Positions 39,301-47,978 of a stretch of 62,222 nucleotides of DNA are shown in pieces. Positions within the stretch are counted from its first letter, which is position 1. Each line of letters opens with the position of its first letter. Under the pieces are notes generated by a model, which saw only the letters and a program-made list of their open reading frames with translations, searched no databases and had not been told where the DNA came from. The translations under genes and the position numbers were made by a program. Source of the stretch: a virus (Duplodnaviria > Caudoviricetes); the IMG/VR virus record IMGVR_UViG_3300009124_000012, positions 1 through 62,222 of that record. The stretch is one strand, 5' to 3'.

Positions 39301-42300
39301 ATTTTTGCACCAAGAACTTGTTGCTTGATCGTAACTTTTTGGAAATATCTCTTCCTTACATAATAAGTAGTCGTTTTTGCAGAAGAAGGTAAGATGTCCA
39401 TGATAACATCATCACCAATCGTAAGATTGTGATCTTCGCTTGTTTGAACAAGAGCAACATTTTCTTTAATAGATGCAACATCAATATCTTCACTCAAAGA
39501 AGAAACTGAAGAAATTTTGATTCCAGTGCTATCATTCAAGTCGTCACTCTTCAAAAACAGAGTTGAACTTGGAGTAAATGAACCACTTACAACCTTTACT
39601 TTTAAGGTGTTTTGATTAACGATTTTTTCTAAAATTTCACCTGTAGAGGTAGGTGTATTGATACCATCGGTTAAAATAATATTAGCATTTTTTGTGAAAG
39701 AACCATTTTCCTCCAAAATTAGAGTTTTGACTACTGTAGATGATGTGACATTATCAGTAGTGTTGAATGTTCCAGAAACATTTCTAAGTACAATTCTCGT
39801 ATCATTGAAAGAATTTCCAACTAATGTTCCAGATGCATTCGTGTTTGCTTGAGTGATTGTATCACCATCAAACATGTAAACAGATCTGACAGTAGAAATA
39901 TCTAAAACTTTATCTTCAAGTGCTTGAACTGATGTTACACTCTTTCCTTCAACAGAAGATACTTTTGCAGTTACACCAGATCCACCAGTTTGAGCATTAT
40001 CAAAAATCAAAGATGATCCAACGTAAGCAGTGTCATGTGAACTTGATACGCTTACCGAAGAAACAGATCCGCCTTTAACCTGACGAACTTGTACAAAAGA
40101 TTCTGCGCCATTGTTATCAGATCCTGGTAAGAACAGTCTCTTAGCATTTCTTGGAAGATCATCTTGAGAGATCTCGGAATTGTAATTAGAATCAACAGGC
40201 AGGGAATAATAATTCTTGCCTAGGATGTATGGGAAGACTGGATCGTTATTTACATCAACAGTAAGGAAATATGCATAAACACCTTCTGGATATTCTGGAG
40301 TGACACAATATCTTCCGTTGTTTTGATCTAGGGTAGTTTTACCATAGAAAGTATTTGCTGTCCAAGTATAGTCATCAACAAAAGTACCTACTGGATATGT
40401 TACCGTGCTAGGTCCGTCAGGTCTAGAAGTATTCTGTAGGTAACCAGAATTCATTTTAGTGATATAAGATCCAGAATTTAAAGGATCTGAATATCCATAA
40501 GGACCATAGATTGGATTGCCATCATATGCATATCCAAGAATAGGAGAGTGAGATACTGGTAGTTGAACATTAAAAGTGGAAGTTATATTATCTCCTGCTC
40601 TGTAACGAAGACGTAGTGGATTTGCTACAACACCATATCCATAATCTTTATCTGCTCTAGATGAAGATTCATAAGTCTCAAATACATAACCACCATTGTC
40701 GTCAAGAACAGACGCTAATTTTGTATAACGATCTTTATACCATCTTCTCAAAGACGCAGTTACCTGTGCCTCTTTGCCATTAGCATCTTCAACAATAGTT
40801 ACACGTACATTTCCTGCTGTGTAGAACTTACCTTCTTCTACTTTCTCAAATCCTGTAATTTCACCATCAGAAGAAATTTGTGCAGTATAATTAGCAAACT
40901 TTCCTCTTCCCGCCAAATCACTAATAACAACAGTTGGAGGACTGGAATAGTATTCTCCAGGATTATCAATAACTAAACTTGTAATTCTGCCATTAGTAAC
41001 AATCGCAGATGCCTCAGCATTTCTACCAGCAGTAATAGTTACTGTTGGAGTGGAAGAATAAATGTCTTCAGTTAAAATTTCTACACTCTCTAGTGTTTCA
41101 CCAGCAAGAACTGCTCGTGCTCTATTTCGAGTGTTATCGATGAGAACATATGGAGGTCGTTTGTAACCAGAACCATTCTTTGTTACTGTGGTCTTGACAA
41201 TTTTTCCACTGTCAATATATTCACTATCTTTATTGCCAAATGCAAGCGTACCATCCAGGAAGATACCAACATCTCTAGAAGTAGTTTCATATACTTCTGT
41301 TGTTGTAATAGGTTGCTTGCGAATTAGACGTAAAGACTTTAGATCTTCTGGTGTTAATGAAGTAGTTGCACTTAAAATTCTAGATGATGGGAAACCAGAA
41401 GAACAAATATAGTAATACTGCTCATCTTCATAAATTGCTGATACATCAGCAACTAGATCTCCAATAGCATCTTGAATACCCTGATTTGTAGGAACTAGAG
41501 GTCTAGCAACTGTAGTGTTAATAAACCAACGAATGCGATCATTTGGTTGATCATACAGAATTCTATCTGTAGTTTCAAAACCAGGACTTGATACTTGAAT
41601 TACATCTCCTTCTTCTGAGTAAGGAGCGGCGTTATCGACGTTTAGGTTGTATAAAACACCTAGGACTAAAAATTTTACTCCAGATCCTTCTACTGTGGAA
41701 AAACTATAAACACTGCTACCATTTGCATGTGTAGTTGCAGCAGATCTTTCTTCAATCACAAATTGATTGACGTTCTTGTCATCAAACTTGATTTCTTCTC
41801 CATTGATGTATACTCTGCCCTTGGTATCTTTCCAACCTTCGGTAGAATACACATCAATTCTGTCTCCGACAGTTTTTGATGCTGCAATACTTGATTTTAG
41901 TGTAGTTTTTGATGCAACTTCAAATGTTCCATTAACAGATGATGGATCTAATACGATTTCATAGATCTCTTCACCATCAACAGAACCTCTAGAAATTACA
42001 TTTTCTACATATGACGACGCATATACAAGATCCTCGTTATATGGGTCTAATGCCTGTACAATCTGCTTACCAATGAGGTCTGTAACGTTCCCAGAGAGGA
42101 CTTTTACCTTCAGGGAGGTAGTTGTCTGCCAATCAGATACAGACGCTTTTAGGGTGTAATCCTTAGGGTTGTATACTTCAGGAATATCACTTGCTTCCTT
42201 TGCAATAATCGAGTTAAAAATAAACTTGATTGATTGACTGGTTCCTTTCGCTTTATAGAATTGACTAATATTCTTGATAAGATTTCTCTTATCAATATCA

Positions 42301-42839
42301 CCCTTCAGATACTTCTCTGGAATACCAGACAGATACTGATTTTCAAAACTCTTGATAAGAGCATAGAGGAATAGATTGCTAATATTGTAAACTTCAACAC
42401 CACTGGTGTGGTCTGCTGCCTGTGTAGTTACAAAAGTAGATTCTGTATACAGATCACCTAGAGTTGTATTACCACTAACTCCTCTCGATACTTCTTGAAA
42501 TTGAGTAGCAGTTCTCTCTTTGTAGAAACAAATTTCTTCACCAATCCTGATGTATCCATTCTTTTCTGGGAAAAAAGATGCATCAGATACAGTGATTGTT
42601 GTATCAGAAGATGAAATATTGCCACTAAGAGTAGTAGACTGTTGTAAAAGATTTTTTTCATAAAAATTGATATCACGGTATGCTTCAATGTTACCGATAA
42701 TATCAAGAGTGTTTCCACGATTTTCTAGATGCTCGTAGTATTTCTCTACGAACTTAGAAAAATTTTCGTACTCGCTGGATATAAACCCTGGTAATTGAGT
42801 TTCAATCAGGGTTGAAATTTTTCTAGTATTCGTCTGCAT
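33387..42839 (-). CDS. gp7: baseplate wedge initiator (T4 gp7-like, 3150 aa)
   Basis: IKNISQFYKAKGT, HSPILGYAYDGNPIYGPYG, LDQNNGRYCVTPEYPEGVYAYF, DSYFYQDYSYVIKS..HPAGFNVFGE; lies between gp6 and gp8. Confidence 0.85.
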   Translation of the reverse strand: MQTNTRKISTLIETQLPGFISSEYENFSKFVEKYYEHLENRGNTLDIIGNIEAYRDINFYEKNLLQQSTTLSGNISSSDTTITVSDASFFPEKNGYIRIGEEICFYKERTATQFQEVSRGVSGNTTLGDLYTESTFVTTQAADHTSGVEVYNISNLFLYALIKSFENQYLSGIPEKYLKGDIDKRNLIKNISQFYKAKGTSQSIKFIFNSIIAKEASDIPEVYNPKDYTLKASVSDWQTTTSLKVKVLSGNVTDLIGKQIVQALDPYNEDLVYASSYVENVISRGSVDGEEIYEIVLDPSSVNGTFEVASKTTLKSSIAASKTVGDRIDVYSTEGWKDTKGRVYINGEEIKFDDKNVNQFVIEERSAATTHANGSSVYSFSTVEGSGVKFLVLGVLYNLNVDNAAPYSEEGDVIQVSSPGFETTDRILYDQPNDRIRWFINTTVARPLVPTNQGIQDAIGDLVADVSAIYEDEQYYYICSSGFPSSRILSATTSLTPEDLKSLRLIRKQPITTTEVYETTSRDVGIFLDGTLAFGNKDSEYIDSGKIVKTTVTKNGSGYKRPPYVLIDNTRNRARAVLAGETLESVEILTEDIYSSTPTVTITAGRNAEASAIVTNGRITSLVIDNPGEYYSSPPTVVISDLAGRGKFANYTAQISSDGEITGFEKVEEGKFYTAGNVRVTIVEDANGKEAQVTASLRRWYKDRYTKLASVLDDNGGYVFETYESSSRADKDYGYGVVANPLRLRYRAGDNITSTFNVQLPVSHSPILGYAYDGNPIYGPYGYSDPLNSGSYITKMNSGYLQNTSRPDGPSTVTYPVGTFVDDYTWTANTFYGKTTLDQNNGRYCVTPEYPEGVYAYFLTVDVNNDPVFPYILGKNYYSLPVDSNYNSEISQDDLPRNAKRLFLPGSDNNGAESFVQVRQVKGGSVSSVSVSSSHDTAYVGSSLIFDNAQTGGSGVTAKVSSVEGKSVTSVQALEDKVLDISTVRSVYMFDGDTITQANTNASGTLVGNSFNDTRIVLRNVSGTFNTTDNVTSSTVVKTLILEENGSFTKNANIILTDGINTPTSTGEILEKIVNQNTLKVKVVSGSFTPSSTLFLKSDDLNDSTGIKISSVSSLSEDIDVASIKENVALVQTSEDHNLTIGDDVIMDILPSSAKTTTYYVRKRYFQKVTIKQQVLGAKIKTTGIGRSTLLCSGDNYFPDTYQDVPLTGGSGTGAEATVVVGPTGIVSGYTITKKGSGYKVDDILSCADISLAKQVGAPPNTTALKIRVDHVGVGSSDTVIDLDSVTGLSSGDVLTISKEDLLVASVDTTAKTITVTRGYNSTTPGNYFDGKEVNFKSTVYNFNLGSQFLGTGANDPYIRSYDTSTQELILEFDYTATSSNNLVLSNTFFDNSTPTKLVKLSSVGDVSYQFEFSKDNVNFDINPVIDVQKYYEYRFDCSHSSMSGVFFDLSPSITRGIIAPEAVRSITTPGQPGASLTFIPQIKDGKKTPTRYLKYYYYDKKDNINTENSYLSVIDDPLQGFKNITYVTSDRFLYEYAKNPQYDGSGTISYITTSNFAVGKINQVTVENPGAEYKRIPVITGYQVHPSKSASFEVIYDSLGQKIYGIKIISGGSGYSKPKVRISDGGGTGTEFKIVVANGSITAINTVKGGSGFTYKPTVEIIETDNLLFANSTDVGSPQSLTIVENGGSYHNDNTLLPDYTSHYALLVSPNNSETNAEEFDYFAQGQTVVQKINNDIVFSASVSKNGWRSGSNILRLEKSVGVLNSSLPIISPSGKSADISSVLYSRYTPDVKGVYDNLGKYTSDKGKLSARTQRITDSYFYQDYSYVIKSKTAINTWRDLIKETVHPAGFNVFGEVVSEVNGAVEMPAQQPSFNSITQINLTPKQITVIDTKRTITNSIVKLENLNLERGLGSVKVDTFDASETLVYELELTADFDGQLNTYSTGQRSGTRSFTLREKKSQTSYTPYNQNQLIVTLDGILQEPGEAFTVSGSQITFAEAPLADQKFYCRTIKFKDNVLNAKYFKKLKSLEFDGTSTEYELRYDDNSIVKTDVDENLFVTLNGVLQDAKSLYNNTYAPFGNAYEIVRSDDANTSDKIKFTHSPINHDDYYATNTFPLADQLAGAETSFLFSLGSYKRLKIDENLSPYVRTFLLKDENSGKVVGLTDPKYALVFVDGVLQVEGKSYTISGPNLTFKKPLNYYFNDNGEKTYQKVTVIMMFGRTIPNTLTFYDFEPNTYVNELNLTFTAVNPTSADTVYNQLVGFIGNNSENEIIVYKTDGGVQYPLGKYVNIRQTSNPDEIEIRLIGNNPVPLDSSDELYFRTVDKYFPEITISKSSGGSSATSLRYSAATLAYIIDNEGNRILVRRGPRRFIGTTWNDDHWYDTARGFANLLKGDRIKIDGESEFRTIISTPYNARSTEFRDGKVPGEDIYAQIDATDYNDITRGEGLSVQATITNGEVTKLDWNRRDLTLFFRNNILLQPTAYQYFTTPFLNFIPTNGAGGGAKAEVIVFGGQVIDVVLTNPGSGYTETPRVEVSRGYYRVKHNRKADTILNLTIQSVKSGGFTMISPGAEITFSGSGNTAGVESIATFGNTFLDSSISREPTIIVEPAPLVVPVINDRTIYTQSRLDNITPRVVTISEVNSEVYTEISPTLQDVQANSTFIDYPSTIEITSTIVDVINEPTDYIPVPSSSETGTFLDADFDIGDTIIYIPNSDIFAGTGKLIVGGEVVAFYSKGFNSLKNVTRALAGTEEKNHPAGTYLRTVPEFVSYASLAPELNVETILTTNSVQSVSVTSTHVIGGAESSVVTVSNVSFDRTVSITVTPVTQSPEYTVSPEITVVGAGFADILTTSRFSGVADVKDIQSSKKSNIRLVDEDLRRDVSTLGVQGIIYRDLEFDSPDISLLSISSQVNIETEIYHNSVVETSVAVNSAITITQSIAVTDIEFSIEKFYKTGILDGYQESVVFPNPITLRDGTEYYLVDRIVNLRDGSTFTPTNQQFGSSDFFLSYSQGNLGNTLGMYNTNAFISGGSLDVGTMSIDDLTSIYPRLTLGDFIDRANSAITQSRRIWNLGLPTTNELGATLGSNISDSDVTLSITSTANFPTTGTIMIGYEQITYSSKTATTLTGLIRGANGTTASSHTAGDYLRTFG

Positions 42840-42844
42840 CTAGA

Positions 42845-44641
42845 TTACTCTTGGTATGCTGTAATTTTACTATTCTGTAGATCAACATCTAGGAATACTT
42901 CCCTAGTTGAAATGATATCATTCTTCAGTGGTTTTACTCTAACTTCCACACGATTATCAAAGAAACTTCCTTTAATGATCGTCAAATCATATAATTTTGT
43001 CTCACCTTTTAGATAATCAATATCACCAACATATTCGTTGACAACAACTTTATCATTAGTCAAAGGATCTAGTCTATATAGGACGATTTTGCCATCCCTA
43101 TCTTCGAGATACACTCTAAAATTGGGGTATTCGCTAACTGTAAATCCAGTTGACGAAAGAGTTGGACCATCACAATCTTTATCGAATGCATTCTGATAGC
43201 AAAGTTCATAATAGAACTTAGAATTCAACTGAGGATAGAAGTCCTTTCTCATCATTACTGATGTTTCGTTTGAATTGATAGAACGATCAGCACCATCAAT
43301 TACGGCAATTGCTTTACTGTATCTAAACTTACCATTAAACTTCTCTGTATCAGATAAATCAATATAATCTTGTAGAGAGGTGAGAATTTTGTTTCTGATC
43401 TGTAGGGGAGTTTCTGTGGTCTTCAGTTTGTTGTAATATGCACCTGTAGTTAACTCGACATACAAAATCGAAGGGTCAATAATCTCTGGAGTTACAGATG
43501 CAACCATATAAGGTTTCAGAGCATCTCTAATCTGGTTCTTGGTAACACTAGAAAGAGTATTCACGTTCTCGCCCTTAATAGCAATCTTTACTTTACCGTA
43601 TTCAGGGGGATCTGCTTCTTCGCCACCAAATACAATAATATCTGCTGTAGCAGGATATACATTTCTAATGATACTCTCAAAATCACCAGCAGTAACTGCT
43701 CTGTTCTGTGCTCCGAAAGTTTTTGGAGCATTCTTCTTGATCTTACTGATGCTTTCAATTTCTTCTCCACCAGAAGCAATAGAATTTACTACGATGTTAA
43801 CAGGGTTTGCTGCATAACTAGAAACACCATTTACGTCTTCGATAACACCGTTGTAAACAAAGTTTCTTGCGCCATTGCTTTCAGGACCATTTGTTACTAG
43901 GTAAGTAATCTCGATATACTCACCATTTTCTAATTTACGACCAATAACACCATCGCCAAAGAAGATCTCATATCTTTCGTCTTCAATTTCTTCTAAGAAA
44001 AATACTTTCTCAGTTGGACCAACATTGAGAATATTAGTAGAAACATCATAAGTTTCGTATGATGTTGATCCTTGAGATTGATAAACACGTACACGAACAG
44101 TGCTGGTGTCAATACCAGCATTATCTAAAACAAATCTTTGACTTTTCTGTGCAGTATTTACTGTATGATAATTCTTAATAAACGTTCCTTCATACACATC
44201 AACAGTAAATGATGCAGTAGAACTACTAATAGTTTGCTTTACATCTTCAATAACAACATACTGATACAGAGATCCATCAAATGAAGTAACAAAACCAGAT
44301 CCTCTTTTCAGGAAAATTGAATCTGGTGGCGTAGAAACAAAATTTAGATCAAAACTGATGTTTGCTTTTGCTGCAGTTTTCGACTGGGGTCTGTACCCTA
44401 ATTGCTTCGCAATCGATACTATATTGTCCCTCAAGGACGCTGAATCCAAGAACAGTTCATTTACCACCATATTGGTGTTAAACGCTGTATAATACGTATT
44501 ATACGCAAGGACATCTAACAAGGTTGCCCAAGTAGATCCATCAAAATCAAAATCAGTAAATTCTGTCTGTGCCCTTAGATATTCCTTCAGAGCAGTTTTT
44601 ACATCTTCAAAATCTAAGTTTTGTAACTGTGTATATGGCAT
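42845..44641 (-). CDS. gp6: baseplate wedge subunit (T4 gp6-like)
   Basis: LDFEDVKTALKEYLRAQ..FTDFDFDGS..LLDVLAYNTYY, YEIFFGDG, AQNRAVTAGD, GGEEADPPEYGKV. Confidence 0.93.
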   Translation of the reverse strand: MPYTQLQNLDFEDVKTALKEYLRAQTEFTDFDFDGSTWATLLDVLAYNTYYTAFNTNMVVNELFLDSASLRDNIVSIAKQLGYRPQSKTAAKANISFDLNFVSTPPDSIFLKRGSGFVTSFDGSLYQYVVIEDVKQTISSSTASFTVDVYEGTFIKNYHTVNTAQKSQRFVLDNAGIDTSTVRVRVYQSQGSTSYETYDVSTNILNVGPTEKVFFLEEIEDERYEIFFGDGVIGRKLENGEYIEITYLVTNGPESNGARNFVYNGVIEDVNGVSSYAANPVNIVVNSIASGGEEIESISKIKKNAPKTFGAQNRAVTAGDFESIIRNVYPATADIIVFGGEEADPPEYGKVKIAIKGENVNTLSSVTKNQIRDALKPYMVASVTPEIIDPSILYVELTTGAYYNKLKTTETPLQIRNKILTSLQDYIDLSDTEKFNGKFRYSKAIAVIDGADRSINSNETSVMMRKDFYPQLNSKFYYELCYQNAFDKDCDGPTLSSTGFTVSEYPNFRVYLEDRDGKIVLYRLDPLTNDKVVVNEYVGDIDYLKGETKLYDLTIIKGSFFDNRVEVRVKPLKNDIISTREVFLDVDLQNSKITAYQE

Positions 44642-45034
44642 TTATCGAGATCTCTCTAGAAGGAAGTTGATGTTTGATGGGAAATCGCTTCTGCCTACAA
44701 TTCTGAATGTTAAATTAACTTCAAAAGCATTTTCTTCTTCAACTGGTGTTGCAACAACACTCTCAACCTCAATACGTGGTTCGTATGACCTCAGTGTATT
44801 GTAGATCTCATTCTGAATTAGAGAAGCAGTACCATAATCTAGAGGTTCAAACAACAGTCTAGGAATACCACATCCTAGATCTGGATTGAAAAATCTTTCA
44901 CCTTTACTTGTAAGTAATAAATTAACAATTGCCTGCTTCACTGCAGCATCATCTTTAACTGAAATCAAATCTCCAGTTACTGGATGCGGCTTAAATGTTA
45001 CACTCAAATCTTTGAACGGTGTAAATGAAGGCAT
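44642..45034 (-). CDS. gp25: baseplate wedge subunit (T4 gp25-like)
   Basis: FKDLSVTFKPHPVTGDL, NLLLTSKGERFFNPDLG, YEPRI; late box TCTAAATA at 45058-45065. Confidence 0.92.
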   Translation of the reverse strand: MPSFTPFKDLSVTFKPHPVTGDLISVKDDAAVKQAIVNLLLTSKGERFFNPDLGCGIPRLLFEPLDYGTASLIQNEIYNTLRSYEPRIEVESVVATPVEEENAFEVNLTFRIVGRSDFPSNINFLLERSR

Positions 45035-45065
45035 TTGTAGCAGATTACATTACTAATTATTTAGA

Positions 45066-45275
45066 TCACTTTCCAACAAAACCATCTGCCCACTCTAGGT
45101 CACCAGGAAGTGGTTCGGTGCCATACTCCCAGGTATCATAATCTTCATCGTTACGTGGATCTACTTTTGCTTTCTCTTTTGCCGCTCTCCTCAAATGACG
45201 CTCGCTGTCAACTTCGGTGATAAGTGTCATTCCAGATTTCTTGAAGTCTTCACCTTTGTCTACGCGCTTGTCCAT
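45066..45275 (-). CDS. conserved hypothetical cyanophage protein
   Basis: 69 aa, RVDKGEDFKKSGMTLITE; GGAG RBS upstream. Confidence 0.7.
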   Translation of the reverse strand: MDKRVDKGEDFKKSGMTLITEVDSERHLRRAAKEKAKVDPRNDEDYDTWEYGTEPLPGDLEWADGFVGK

Positions 45276-45304
45276 TGGTTTTACTCCCGTTACTTAATAT
45301 CTAT

Positions 45305-45335
45305 AAAAAAAGCACCTACTTGGTGGTAGGTGCTT
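45305..45335 (-). terminator. intrinsic terminator
   Basis: 10-bp stem AAGCACCTAC/GTAGGTGCTT followed by a T-run on the minus strand. Confidence 0.8.
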
Positions 45336-45344
45336 CAAAGTTAT

Positions 45345-45488
45345 TCATCGTCCTTGACCACGATATGCTTTCCTAGCATTATTACGACTGGTTGCTGCAT
45401 ATTTGGTGTTTTTCCCAGACCCTTGACGGGTGGACTTGGGCTTGGACTCAACTTTTTGTCTGCCAGTGAGAGAAGGACGCTTTGCCAT
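45345..45488 (-). CDS. small basic protein (47 aa, not in the ORF track)
   Basis: MAKRPSLTGRQKVESKPKSTRQGSGKNTKYAATSRNNARKAYRGQGR; ends just before the terminator. Confidence 0.7.
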   Translation of the reverse strand: MAKRPSLTGRQKVESKPKSTRQGSGKNTKYAATSRNNARKAYRGQGR

Positions 45489-45517
45489 GATGTTTCTTCG
45501 TTTACTTGTAAATTATA

Positions 45518-45877
45518 CTACGGTCCTTTACTACTGTCAACCTTTACGGTGACTGCTGCTTCTGCAGCAACCTTACCAGCAGGACCAAATGGACTGGTAA
45601 GTAGACTTCCAATTGTTGCCATCGGTGTCCCATTCACAAACACCGTAGGAGACCCTGTTGAAATCGTGTCAGAGTGCAGATCTCCCCCAGGTGGTGGTGA
45701 AGGCAGTATTGCAAAGTGAGGTAACGTTGTATCCCCTACTCGATGGACTGGTTTACCCTCGATAAACACGTCTGCAGAGTACCCCTGAGGCGGCGTAAGG
45801 TATCCTACAGGGTTCCAGGGTCCATGACCCGTTGTAACGTCTGTAGGGACCGCTAACGCTGGTTCTGTGTTGATCAT
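45518..45877 (-). CDS. PAAR-domain spike-tip protein (T4 gp5.4-like)
   Basis: TTGHG, DVFIEGKPVHRVGD..PH, H..TISTGSPTVFVNGTPMATIG. Confidence 0.85.
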   Translation of the reverse strand: MINTEPALAVPTDVTTGHGPWNPVGYLTPPQGYSADVFIEGKPVHRVGDTTLPHFAILPSPPPGGDLHSDTISTGSPTVFVNGTPMATIGSLLTSPFGPAGKVAAEAAVTVKVDSSKGP

Positions 45878-46740
45878 ATCGGTAGTAGGTTACCAAATGT
45901 TCTTCTATTTAATGCAAATTCTAATCTCTGCTCAGCATACTTCTGATTTACTTGAACAGTAGTGTGTGCAGTGTAAGGAAAAAGTCCCTCGTTACTAGTT
46001 ATAGTACCTGCAAAGAAAAATCTGAGTTTCTTGATTTCAGATGGTTTGTACGAAATTACATTGTTCGCCGCGTTGATATAACCCTGCATGATCTCAGGAC
46101 CCCATTGCTGCGCCGCAATTTGCGTAATAGGATAAAATGTATTGACATTTATACTACTACTCAGCGTTTTGGTCAGAGCGGAAAGCGCAAAGTTCCGCAA
46201 AATATTCGGAGAATCACTGTAACTAATACCCTCCGACGTAAATCTCATAATACCATTGTCGTATCCTAAAACCCACTCACGGTCATAGAAGTTCCTTTCA
46301 CTGAAATACCCCGAAATCGTTGCAACATTACCGAAACCTCCTATAACACTTACAGTAGGTTCCATAAACAACGGTGCTACCCAGTATGGTGACACAGAAA
46401 TATCCAACCCCTCCTCTGCCCCTGTTCGAGAAGGATCTGCCCCTGGCAATGGATCCTCTAATATACAGTGGGTCATGGAAAGAGCGTGATTGGTGATTAC
46501 CTCGCCTGGTAATGTTGGTATCGCCTCGACAGACATCGAAAACCCTTGATACGTTCCGATGAAATCATCACCACCAGTTAATTCACCATTCTTAATAGCA
46601 TTCGCAAGTGCCGTTGCCCCTAATCGTGGGAAGAACTCATAATCACCCTGTGACAATAACGATACTCCACCTATAGAACGTAGAGGTGGAACAATGTAGG
46701 GTATACCTACCTCATACTGGTCTACTAGCAGTGCTGCCAT
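45874..46740 (-). CDS. hypothetical (probable baseplate/virion) protein
   Basis: 288-aa ORF coupled to the PAAR gene by a 4-nt overlap. Confidence 0.65.
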   Translation of the reverse strand: MAALLVDQYEVGIPYIVPPLRSIGGVSLLSQGDYEFFPRLGATALANAIKNGELTGGDDFIGTYQGFSMSVEAIPTLPGEVITNHALSMTHCILEDPLPGADPSRTGAEEGLDISVSPYWVAPLFMEPTVSVIGGFGNVATISGYFSERNFYDREWVLGYDNGIMRFTSEGISYSDSPNILRNFALSALTKTLSSSINVNTFYPITQIAAQQWGPEIMQGYINAANNVISYKPSEIKKLRFFFAGTITSNEGLFPYTAHTTVQVNQKYAEQRLEFALNRRTFGNLLPI

Positions 46741-46741
46741 A

Positions 46742-46948
46742 TCAGCGTAACGCTAAGTTCCTCACAGCACCTTTCAATCCTTCCACATTATTATGCAAAT
46801 AATCTAAAGTATTTGCTACACTTTCATAATCTTCGCTTTCTGGACGCTTATACATTAATTTGAAAGGTATTGGAAGCTGTTCGACCTGGCGTTCCAGCGT
46901 CTCAATCCTACTCTCCAAGGAATTCAGTTTCTGTAATATCTCTTCCAT
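46742..46948 (-). CDS. hypothetical protein
   Basis: 68 aa, coiled coil plus LMYKRP...TLDYLH. Confidence 0.65.
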   Translation of the reverse strand: MEEILQKLNSLESRIETLERQVEQLPIPFKLMYKRPESEDYESVANTLDYLHNNVEGLKGAVRNLALR

Positions 46949-47138
46949 TTGTCACTCGCTCCTGTTTGATAATTTGATCGTTATAAATGGTCTCTACATT
47001 ATACTGAGGTGTATCGACACCATGAGCATAATAGTCTAGTGCTAAATCCTGTACACTATCGGCAAACTCGTTGAAATCATCAAAGAGTTGCTCTTTAAGA
47101 GTACCATCCTTAGTTTTGTGTGTAAGTTTGTGTTTCAT
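46908..47138 (-). CDS. hypothetical protein
   Basis: 76 aa; first gene after the late box GATAAATA at 47204-47211. Confidence 0.65.
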   Translation of the reverse strand: MKHKLTHKTKDGTLKEQLFDDFNEFADSVQDLALDYYAHGVDTPQYNVETIYNDQIIKQERVTNGRDITETEFLGE

Positions 47139-47277
47139 CTTGAAAGACCTTTTTGGGCAATTTTTACCTGGGGAAATTTTTTTATATAGAGGGACCCGTT
47201 AAATATTTATCGCTCGTCTGGAAACGTTTGTAGGTTAGAGGGACCCTTCGATTTTCGCTTGGCGCTTCGCCCCATAC

Positions 47278-47304
47278 AAAAAAGGGGGCAACTAACTGCC
47301 CCCT
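47278..47304 (-). terminator. intrinsic terminator closing the early region
   Basis: minus strand AGGGGGCA-GTTAGT-TGCCCCC-TTTTTT. Confidence 0.85.
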
Positions 47305-47326
47305 AGTACATCTGTGCTGCTGAGGG

Positions 47327-47929
47327 TCACAGACCCTTCTCTGCTAGGATGGGTGCGACGACCTCACGGAGGAAGGCGAAATACTCAGCAGAGGTGAACG
47401 GTGCTTGAATGCGAGCGAGCAGGTCATCCACACCCATGACGGTCATGCCCTTGCCCTCGTAGCGTGTGACCTCTGCCTGTGGGACAGTGGCAACGACAGG
47501 CACGAAGTAAGCAGCGATGCACCCACCCACTGCATCTGCCACTGCGTTGATCTTCTCGTTCGATGCCCTGATCTTCTCGCTGTCAAAGTTCAGGTTGCAC
47601 TTGCTTTCCAGGTAGTATGTGATGGAGGCGGGGTCGTTGGTGGAGAACAGGTGATCGATCTGCCGCTGACGGTTGCCCACGGTGATGAGGTTGCTATCCT
47701 CAATGAGGTTGGTCACGCTGCTGTCATCACTGAGCACCTTATTCCAGAACTGCTCGATACGCTCACCGAAGGCGATCAGGATGGAATGAGGGGAAACCCG
47801 ATTGTTCATACCCAAGGCAGAGAGGATGTGGGATTCAGTCTGCTTAGGGTTGATGGACATGATCAGGGGGAGCATGGTCTCCTCCAGGTAAGCGGCGCCG
47901 ATGGTGGTGGTGGTGAGGGTCACGGTCAT
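47327..47929 (-). CDS. putative PD-(D/E)xK restriction-endonuclease-like nuclease
   Basis: FGERIEQFW helix, RQIDHLF, YYLESKCNLNFDSEK (D...E-x-K catalytic pattern); GC-rich. Confidence 0.55.
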   Translation of the reverse strand: MTVTLTTTTIGAAYLEETMLPLIMSINPKQTESHILSALGMNNRVSPHSILIAFGERIEQFWNKVLSDDSSVTNLIEDSNLITVGNRQRQIDHLFSTNDPASITYYLESKCNLNFDSEKIRASNEKINAVADAVGGCIAAYFVPVVATVPQAEVTRYEGKGMTVMGVDDLLARIQAPFTSAEYFAFLREVVAPILAEKGL

Positions 47930-47949
47930 GTGGTTGTGTCGTTGGTGAA

Positions 47950-47978
47950 ATTATAGAGGATCAGGGGACAGGAGTCAA
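47950..47978 (-). promoter_or_regulatory. sigma70-type promoter TTGACT-N17-TATAAT
   Basis: agtcaa at 47973-47978 and attata at 47950-47955 with a 17-nt spacer, upstream of the nuclease-like gene. Confidence 0.75.

Noticed and set aside
8599-42839. Inteins, introns or diversity-generating retroelement targets in the giant ORFs
   Set aside because: No intein splice motifs, homing endonuclease, reverse transcriptase or near-identical nucleotide repeat pair was seen; the extra length is explained by repeated structural modules
292-46269. Numerous short plus-strand and alternate-frame ORFs within structural genes
   Set aside because: Fully overlapped by long, motif-supported minus-strand genes; no independent signals
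47405-47956. 183-aa plus-strand ORF antisense to the nuclease-like gene
   Set aside because: GC-rich shadow frame; promoter and terminator both serve the minus strand
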